From Lama glama (Eukaryota), in contig CM052817.1 in NCBI GenBank assembly GCA_028534125.1, positions 51,710,001 to 51,774,000 on the forward strand: a stretch of DNA of 64,000 bases, read 5' to 3'. Under the pieces are notes generated by a model. That model saw only the letters and a list, made by a program, of their open reading frames with translations, had not been told where the DNA came from and made no database searches. Within the stretch, counting starts at the first letter, position 1. Every line of letters starts with the position of its first letter. Made by a program: the position numbers and the translations under genes. This document shows positions 54,601 through 64,000 of the stretch, piece by piece.

Positions 54601-56583
54601 CAGTAATACAGATGCTTTTTAAACCTTGTGTCACACTAGTACTGTCAACTTTTGATTATTCACAAAGGGAGCCAAATCCAGTGAATTTAAATGTTATACC
54701 AATTGTGTGTAAGCTGAAGAGTTTCCTAATAGTAATCATTTACTAAAATAGGGTCTTAAAATATGAAAAGGAAAGTGTCACATATCTAGAGCCAAACTTT
54801 GTGCCCACTAATTTAAATAAAATCTAAATTACTAATAAAGTCATTATGCATAATTGATTGTACACTTAAAATACGCACAGGAGTACTTAGTATCCTCTGT
54901 GTTCTGCATAGTTAAGCTAAAGCTTGTAGTCTAATTCCCACAAGTTCTCATCCATTGAAAATCATGACCAGGTCACAGTTAAATCTTCTTTGGCCAAATG
55001 TAGATGTATATAAATGTATGTATATATATTTATCTTGTACAGTACATGTATAATGATTATCAGGATTCTTCTAAGTGAACCCCAAAACTCTAAACGTATA
55101 ACTACGTGATAAAACTCTGACAAAAAGAATAAACACTGCAATTTAATGAATATTCATTAATCTCTACTCTCCCTTCTTCTATCCAGCCAGTGTCGGTGGA
55201 GCTAAATACCAGTGATCTGGCTAAAGAGCATGTAAAGCAGAAAGGAGAAGGATGAGTAAGGGAGCGGTTCCCCTCCAAATGGATGTATGGCATCCTGAAT
55301 AATCAAGAGTTGGCTGCAACATCAATTAAACACCTCTTGTTATACCCTACTTTTCATTCTGCCATTTTAACACCATAAAGCAGTGTTTTTCATTATTTAA
55401 TATTATGGAATAGCACTTGAAAAAATGCTGAAATGTCATCACAACAATGGCAATTCATTATATTGGCAGCTTTTCTAAAACAAAGTGTGCTTTGTTGACA
55501 AAACTCAAACTACTTTTTATGTAACAATATGATTCTTATCATGTTTAGATTCATAAGCCTATGCTGAAAAATAGTTTATCACCATTAGAATTGGCTTTGG
55601 GTATTACTTAAGATTACACGTGGTCATGGTAAAATTAGTATATTTGGAAAGGGGACACACCTCAAATTTTGCCTAGCTATAAAAATTCCTATATAGAAAA
55701 ATGAAATGAGTAAAATAGCACATCTTAAGACATTTTCAGTTTTCTTTTCAAAAATTATTGTAAATAGAGCAGCACCTTCAGCATGAAATGTAAAATATTT
55801 AATTTTTATCAAATTTCTCTCACACTATTACTGCTAAATTGACCATTTGATATGTACTTTAAGGAATAAAGTGGACATTGTTGGAAATCACTAAAGAGTT
55901 AGACAACAACATAAAAGAAAATACTTTAATGCATTTATCAATATTGGAATAAAGTTATTTAACCTTTACTAGAAACATTTTTCTAATACCATTTTAATTC
56001 TCATTCATAATTTCATTAAAAAAATATAAATGGGATTCTTAAAGAAACTACTTTGCTGCTGAGAACAAGTTTAACTTGCATAAATGATCTTATTTCTCTC
56101 CCACTTCTTCACTGATAATCACATTGTATAAAGGTATATGTACATTTCATGCATTATGGTCATGCTGTTTTCTAAATCTCTTCATATTAAATTGACAGCT
56201 TTTGAAATGACAGGTCAGAATTAAAAAACAGCAGCATTCCATTAAAGACACATAATTTATGGCAGTATGTAAAACTCAATGCTGTATGTTCATAATTCTG
56301 TTTATCCCATAGAAAGAGAGGTAGAGGTGGGAAGTGAGGTGGAGGAAGAGGGGGGTGGAAAGACAGAGAAGTCCAGAGGCCTGACCTTCCATATGAATCT
56401 TAGAACAATCAGATCATAAGCTGACCCTGAAATAAAATTTTACGTTTGGGAAAATTTAAATAAATTTAACTTAAAATCTAGAAATATGAAATGTTCTGAA
56501 GGACAGGTTTTATTTGTCTGTAAATGCAAACTCTATAACTGTGTTTGTTAATCAAATACAATTCCTCAAAACATTCCTTCTTT

Positions 56584-56764
56584 TAAAAAAAAAGTTTTAT
56601 TAAAGTTTAGTCAATTTACAATGTTCTGTTAATTTCTGGTACACAGCATAGTGATTCAGTTATATATATGCATATATATTCCTTTTCATATTCTTTCTCA
56701 TAGGCCATTACAAGATATTGAATATAGTTCCCTGTGCTATCCAGGAGAACCCTGTTGTTTATCT
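56584..56764 (-). mobile_element. 5'-truncated L1 3' end, antisense
   Basis: Reverse complement resembles 37825-37990. 16-bp TSD aaaacattccttcttt (56568-56583) / aaaacattcattcttt (56765-56780). Confidence 0.85.
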
Positions 56765-57629
56765 AAAACATTCATTCTTTAGCATGATATAGATGTCGCA
56801 AAAAAATTAAATTCTCAAAGCTCTGAACCAGACTCTTATGGTCAAGTTATTTTCAAAGAATGAAGTTATGTTTACATGTAATATAATAACAAGACAGTGG
56901 AAACAAAAATAAATCAAACTAGTGATCTAATAGGAGTTGGACAAAACAACCAAGAGTTGGAATATGGGACACACACACACATACACACGCACACACTTCA
57001 TGTTTTTGTATTGTATATGCAGAATCATTGCTGTGTGAGCGAGAAAAACCTATAAAATTTCTTCAGATCTTTCAGGATAAACTATAATAGCTATTTCCAA
57101 AAACTCATTCCTAATAATTGGATTAGCCATTTGAATTGTGCAGTTTAAGTACGTATATGTTAAATCAGTACTTTCAAACTTGAATTTGTCAGGGTCACTT
57201 GTGGGTTTATAAGGCATACGATAAAGCGTAAGTTTTAACCTTCATTTCAAGTACTAATTATTTACATTCTCTAGTAGATTTCTCTCAGGATAAGAAATTT
57301 TAGTCTCTCTTCTCCTGACTTAGGTTCAAAGTCTGGTAGTGAGCATCCATGAATGCCCATATCTTCATAGTTCTTCATGATGCAAAAGTTACATGTGGAA
57401 ACATGAGAGTATTAGCTGGCCCATAACTGAAATTGCCCTGAAGTATAGATTAGGTTACCATAGCTTCAGTCAAAGATGTATGTGTTGGGTTTCCTTCATT
57501 AGATACCTTCTTTCTTTTAGAATTTTGGATATTTGATGTTTTATCTACAGAGTTCTCATTTTGCAGATGAATAGATAATTGTATGCAATTTAAAGTTCTT
57601 TGCTCAAAATTGTATCTCAGAGAAATGAG

Positions 57630-57790
57630 AAATTAAGAGTATGGACTTTTGTCTCAGGTTCCTGGTTTTAGTCCCGGCTTTGCTAAGACTAGCTGTGGTA
57701 TTTAGCCAAGGGATTTAAGTTCTCTAAAACCTTGTGTCCTCATCCATAAAAGGAGATTAACAAATATCTGTATCATAAGGTTTTCCTAGC
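57630..57790 (+). mobile_element. MIR SINE remnant
   Basis: ttaagagtatggactttt...cctggttttagtcccggctttgcta..ctagctgtg...tcctcatccataaaaggagat. Confidence 0.7.
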
Positions 57791-57833
57791 ATATACCAAG
57801 AAGACATCTTATCACCTATTTTTGTATTTATTG

Positions 57834-58045
57834 CAGTGGTTCTCAATGAGTGGAAAATTTTCCACTCGGGACATTTGGCAATGTCTGGAGACATCTTGTC
57901 ACAACAAAGGGCCAGAGGGGCTGCACAGCACTTTTGGTATTTAGTGGGAAGAGGTCAGGGATGCTGCTAGATGTCCTACAATGCACAGGGTCGCCCCTAC
58001 AACAAAAAATTATCCGGCCAGTGATGTTAACAGGGCAAGGCCCTG
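57834..58045. mobile_element. MER20 hAT-Charlie DNA transposon
   Basis: cagtggttctcaa ... gggacatttggcaatgtctggagacat ... gaggtcagggatgctgcta..tcctacaatgcacagg ... aattatccggcc. Confidence 0.85.
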
Positions 58046-59571
58046 ATTTCATTGAAAAGACACAAGATTGAACCCAAGCTTTTTTTATTCCTGTGTTAGT
58101 TTGTAATTAGTTATTTTATAGTCTATTCGTAACTAACAATGTTGATTTTGTTTTCAAACTGAAATTTTAGTGGTTTTTAAGTTTTGCTGATGATTGTCTT
58201 CTGAACCTACCATTATTATTTTTTATTTGGTACTCTGGTGTTTAATAACTTCTAAATTTAATGTTTAATATTTACATTTTAAGAAAGAAATATGCTTCCA
58301 CCATTGGTATCCATTGCTTTTTTTTTTAGTGATTTGCCATTTGCTAAAACTCTCATAAGAAATTGAGAGCATGAAAAGAAAAGGACACCTAAGATATTAT
58401 TTAAATAGACAATTATTTCCAATACTAATACATATGGAGCTTAAATACCCATTTATTTAATTTTTACACTCTGATAATTAAGATTTCTTTGAACTTCCAA
58501 AGCTATTCAATTTTACATGTTATGATCCTAGTGTCATTGTATCCAATTCTAAAGAATTCCAAAACTATCTGAAATAAATACATTTACTAAGTGCAAAGAT
58601 ATTCTACTTTTCACATAATGTGTTCAATAGAGTAATTATCTAAAGAAATCTAACATAGTAAACATCCTTGTCATTTAAAAATCTTGAATTTCTCCTGCTC
58701 TTTTTTTATAATTAATGTTATTATTTGTCAAACATTCCTGCATCATTATATTTGCCAAGTGCATATTTTGGGAAAATAGGATTCCTGAGCATCCTGTGAA
58801 ATAACATTTAAAAACCATGAGCACTGGTCTTGAGCTCCTTGAGTTGAGGAAACTAAACATTTGTAACTTCCTTTTGAATAATAGGATTGTTTAAAAGAAG
58901 CAATATTAAAGCATCTTGGTTAAAAAGACTTCTTGATAGTGTGTAATCTTCAGAATGCTCTAAATGCTGATGGAGCCTAGATGTATTTGGTAAAGGAAGA
59001 AAGCGCTGCTACTTTGGATTCCAAGTAAAAACTAAATATTTGTAAGTGTTACAAGAGCAATGGAGTGTTATTATCCCCTAAAGATATCTGTTATATAAAA
59101 TGATTGTGCTGACTGAGTCATTTGAAAAGTTTGGTCTTCAACTAACTGCTTAGCTATGAAATTTTTTAAGTGTATTTTATGCTTACTTCTTTAAGCAAAA
59201 AGAAAAAGTGCTTGTTCATATTGTAGGTCCACATTTTCAGAACCGTTCAATGAAATTGTACCCTTTAATTTAAACATTTATCAGTGAGCATATGCAAATT
59301 TGTTTTTCACCACTCTCTACCAGCAAAATCATCATGTCCAGAAAGGGGGGCAAATAAATATCACTCTTGTGATAAATATTTCTGTGACTGCAAACAGATT
59401 TTCTGGTACAATTTTAGAGCCTGCTTTTGAAAATTGGACCCTGTATGTCTAAATTGGGACTGTAATCTAATTGGTTTCTGCAAAATGTTTGCTTCTTTGA
59501 CAGCGTGAAATGTTGAGGTATGCTACAAATTGAATCAATACATACATCCAATGTGTGCTTTCTTCATGCAG

Positions 59572-59677
59572 GGATTTGAGACGACTTGGAGTGACTCTTG
59601 TCGGTCACCAGAAGAAGATTATGAACAGCCTTCAAGAAATGAAGGTGCAGCTGGTCAACGGGATGGTGCCGTTATAA
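59572..59677 (+). CDS. EPHA5: EPHA5 terminal coding exon, [34 protein letters not shown] (end of SAM, hydrophobic C-terminus of PDZ-ligand type)
   Basis: ttcatgcag|GGATTTG ... CCGTTATAA; TAA at 59675-59677. Confidence 0.97.
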
Positions 59678-62600
59678 CTTTCTTTTATTGTCACTTCGTT
59701 AAGTGAATGATTCTGCACTTTGTAAACAAGCCCTGAGATTTATTTTAACAAAAAAAGGGGGGAAAAAGGGAAAACTCAGTGATTTCTAAACCTTAAAAGA
59801 GCATTTGTTTCAGCTACAGAATTTGTAATCAGTGTTTTACTAAAATCTCTTTATCTTCCTCTCAGTGTCTTCATTTTTTCATGAAGCAAGTGTAACCTGT
59901 GTGGGATATGAACATGAGGTTAAATCTTATCTTATATTACAACAGCAAAGTCCTTCTCACTACTACAAATTTTATACAGGAAATATATAAGTATATATAG
60001 CACCTTTATAGACTGAATTAAGGCAGCCCCTTTCAAAACTTCCAAGAATCTACTTGAAAGGAAAATTTTATAGCCATTTGTGGCCTAACACAAGCTGCAA
60101 TTTACTGACGTTTACTTCAAGTCTTAATTGTCTATGTAAGTGTATTGAAGAGCAATATGGTTAGATAATTTCTAAATAGAGATCTTCTTTTGTAATTTTA
60201 AATGCTGTTACACAGCGTTAAGTTATAGAAACCAGTGTATAAACATTGCTTGATCAAGGACAAGTTCAATACAGGGTGTATATTTATTTTTCTGTGTTAT
60301 AAAATTTACGTTTAGTTGCTCTTCTAGAAACTACTAGGTAATCAATGTATATATACTGTATAATTTGCTATATACCCAGGAATCAATTTAAGTTGTAGTT
60401 TTGTGTGTGTGAGTGCACGCGTGCACATATGCGTATTACCATTCTGCTTGCAGCGTTAATAGTGTTTTCATTTAGCAACATCTGGAACAAGTGTTCCCGA
60501 GTATAATAGGAATAGGAGAAATAAGGAAGCGGTCAAACAAAATTCAACACAGGCTCATGTCTTTTTTTTCTCTCATGTGTCCAAAAGCTACTAAATCTCC
60601 TTATTCACTAACAGGAAATTTCTATGAGACTAAATCCCTTTTAGTATTTTAAAAACACTTTCTGATATCTGTGACAATGCGGTTCTTTTAGCCATCAATC
60701 TTGCACCCCTGTAAGAAATTTCACCTTTCTGAGTCCCAGAAAATATCTTGTCAAGCAAAGTTGACACCGAAGGGCACATTTTCAGCAGGATGTAGAAGGA
60801 TTTAACTGTGCAGACTTCTGTTAATGTTGTTAAATCCAGCACATGGCACCAAGTGTTAATCCTTTGTAACCATTCCCCTTGTTGCTCAGCTCTAGAAATT
60901 TTGATACTAAAGCAGCAATGGAATGATGACAAATATGTATTATATTTTTTCCTTTTAGAATTGTCTCTATATCAAGACTTGACAATTTTTATTTGTTGTT
61001 TATTCATTTGATAATTTCATCTTGTGTTCAGCTATATCAAATTGACTCTGTTTTGATGAGCCAATCCAAAGTATTATTTAATTGGCCTTATTAAGAAATA
61101 TATGTCCTACAAACATTCTATATACCACCCTTGGTGAAGACTGACATTTGTGGTACAAATTAAACAGCTTATTAGAACTTGAACAAAACTGAGCTCCTTG
61201 GTGAAATAACCAAGTCTTTTGTATTATTACACTGTATAAATTATGACTGACATGATTATTCAAGGAGCACAGCATGTAAACAAAACACAGCCTACATACG
61301 ATTACCAATGGCAGTAGTGTATTGGAGTAGCCTGCATCAGGGACATCCATAGGGAATATGCCTGCACTATATTGTTGGTACTCCCTCTCTCTTTCCCAAG
61401 CACCTGTTTCAGTTGAATGTTAGCATATACAAGAAGAAACTTTGAGGGCATAACTTCTTTCTACTCTGTCCACTTTTTACTTAAGTAGCTCTTTACTAAG
61501 GAATGGGGGGGAAAAGGAAAAGAAAATGTTTAAAACAATTTTCAAATGCTATATTCAGTCTTGTCCAATTAGGGGTATAATTCCTTGTTGGGTCTATAGT
61601 GTACCAAGGAATCCACACAAACTAAATGCTAGTATACTCTTGTTAACTGACATCTCCAGAGAAAACAGAGAGAGATGGATTTAACTTTGCCTTGATAAAA
61701 TCACAAGTAAGCAGGCATCACCATGATTAAAGATGCATTTGATCATTTCAGGAAGCATAAAAGTAACTAAACTAATTTCTTTTGCACAAAATAGTTGGAG
61801 ATTGTGTTGCATTTATTGAATTTTGTAAAAACCAATCAAATCTAAATGATAAAGTAACAATTGAGAAACTTCAAATTAAGAATAGATTTATTGATTTAAG
61901 AGAAGCTATCGTAAATTTTAGAGCTGACAGACTGGCCACAATACTTATACATCATAAATATATTTAAGTTGTTTTCCAGACTTACATGTTCAAAGATGAT
62001 TGGGAGGTCAGGATGGACGGAGTATGTTGAAGTGATTAAAATTTGAAGTTACAGTATAGATTTCCTCTTTTTCACAAAAGAACATTATAAATTAATTTGG
62101 ATTCAATTTATTTGCTTCCTTTGCAGCTTTGGTGTATATTTTGGACAGTAAATTGAGATGAAAGTTAAACAGACACATAGCTTTCATCCATATCTCACTT
62201 TGGTTGAGAATTTTCTAAGGAATGTCCATATGATTTGAGAAGAGGTATTCCTCCGCCCCAAAAGAGGAAAGATTTCCTTTCAAAAACATGTGTTCACCAC
62301 TGGATATGTCACCAATTGGGAAGTGCCAATCTCATCTATGAATGTGAGAAGTGGAACAAAGAGACAGGCAGCTTTTACGACATGCAGTGAGTCAGTGATC
62401 CGGGGCAAGGTTTGACAAATCTTGATTGTGTGATTTCTTATCCTCTTGCTTCATATTGTCACCTACCAGACAACTAAAAATAAAATATAGATTCAGTAAT
62501 TTTAGTACGAAAGATGGATTTGTCAAATTAAACAATGTTATTTTAACTATTAGTAGCAATACCTTTAGGGCATAAGTCTTTCTCGGCATTTAACTTAGAA

Positions 62601-63920
62601 AAATAGGCACAAGCAAGGAGTAATTTTCAACTTACTGACATCTGTTGAAGTCACTCAATTACTACTTCTATCAATTGTAATTTGTTTCCTAATCTCGCCA
62701 TTTGCTCATGACATATAGTTATTCTTCTTGGCCATTGAAATGTATGAATTGTATGTAAAAATGTAGAAACTTTGATTTTTCCCATTTAAAAAGATGAATG
62801 TGCATGGTCTTTTATTTCTTGTAGTTGATTTACTAAGTCAGTGTTCCAAAGTTGTAGGATAACTGTAAAAATTATATTCCAATATTCTATCTAAACTTAA
62901 ATGTGGCCAGCATTAGTAGTTTCAGAGTTGCCAAAACAATGCAGAACGTCCTTAACTCAGTATGTAAAAGAGTTTTAACCAGTGTGCAATGATGAAGAAA
63001 TAGTTTCCTATCTCAAGTTTAAAATGGAAAATTAATATCAGTTGAGCACTTAGTGTGTTTGCATGTCTGCTATCTAAACTCCACGTGAAAGTTAAAGATT
63101 TTTTTAACACCATTCTTTCTCCCATTTAAAGTGGGTTTTCAGAAGCACAAGCAGAGATATTTACCTGTGGAAGAAATTTTGGGCTGTAATTGTGCATTGA
63201 ATGGCAAATGCCATTTGAGTCAGATGTTAGAAATTTACTAGATGTTTGATGTTGCATAGTAGAATAAGATCCTTTTCTCATTTTGTTCCTTCTAAAAATA
63301 AGAAAAAAGAAAGCTAAATATGATAGTAAATTGTCTTTGCTTATGTCCTGCCAGATGTTTAACCTCAAAATAAATTAAAAAGTAGGTACAATAAGATGAT
63401 GATGATGATAATGAATAAACAAAGTGCTAGTTTTATTTGAAATTAATAACTAGTCATCATTTTTTCAACTCTGTAGCACAGCTGGTTACATTGAATATTT
63501 TTCTCTATTATGCTGTTAATTATATAGTAATGTATCAAAGCAGAAATAGATAAGAAGTTTCTTTTTATTTCTTGTTCATTTATGAAAAAGTCTTTTTACA
63601 CATAAATGATTGAATGTTCTTGTTCAAAATGACCACATAATTATTGCTTAGGAGAAGACACCAATTCTTTAAAAAAAAAAAAGAGTCCGTTTATAATAAT
63701 CAGAATCAAATGTCATTTGTCTCTTCTAAATGTAAATGAAAAAAATTGAAGGTGGCAAAATATGTCATGTTTATTCAGACTGGGCTATATTATCAGTAGA
63801 AGTTTCAGTGGTCAAAATGTTTGTGCATCTTTAGACTGCTATAGTTTTACAATTACTTATTCTAAAGTGTGTAAATTTCATTTATAAAGTATTAAAAGCT
63901 AGACTCAGTCATTTGTTAAT
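59678..63920 (+). other. EPHA5: EPHA5 long 3' UTR (3' end uncertain)
   Basis: Follows the stop codon; AT-rich with no recognisable interspersed repeats. Candidate poly(A) signals AATAAA at 62479, 63369, 63414 and ATTAAA at 63891. Confidence 0.6.
63891..63896 (+). terminator. Candidate distal polyadenylation signal (ATTAAA)
   Basis: TGTA motif upstream (gtgtgtaaat), hexamer, then a T/GT-rich tract (tttgttaatctgtttattg). Confidence 0.4.
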
Positions 63921-64000
63921 CTGTTTATTGAAATGTTTTAGTTTCAGGCAGGTCAGAAGCAGCTGTATAACGAATCTTATTCTCTGTTAGGCATGGGGAC

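Overview
AT-rich mammalian genomic DNA holding the 3' half of the ephrin receptor tyrosine kinase gene EPHA5 on the + strand. A Vic-1-like tRNA-derived SINE suggests a camelid. Ten coding exons with GT-AG boundaries splice into one intact frame (1324 nt = 1 nt + 441 codons including the stop): a 66-nt cysteine-rich juxtamembrane cassette exon, two more juxtamembrane exons, the kinase domain, the SAM domain and a C-terminal ...MVPL*. A multi-kb 3' UTR follows. The transmembrane and extracellular exons lie upstream of the window. Introns contain the usual interspersed repeats (solo ERV LTRs, L1 3' ends, L2, MIR, MER5/MER20/MER58/Tigger DNA elements, one young SINE). A 500-N gap looks like an assembly artefact. 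I found no convincing evidence of a wholly new biological system. The best leads are two candidate truncated receptor isoforms made by intronic polyadenylation, neural splicing-code motifs around the Cys-rich exon, an L1 insertion combining a twin-priming inversion with an apparent 3' transduction, and a CCAAT/NFI motif cluster in an intron. Repeat family names come from recalled consensus sequences and have not been confirmed by a database search.
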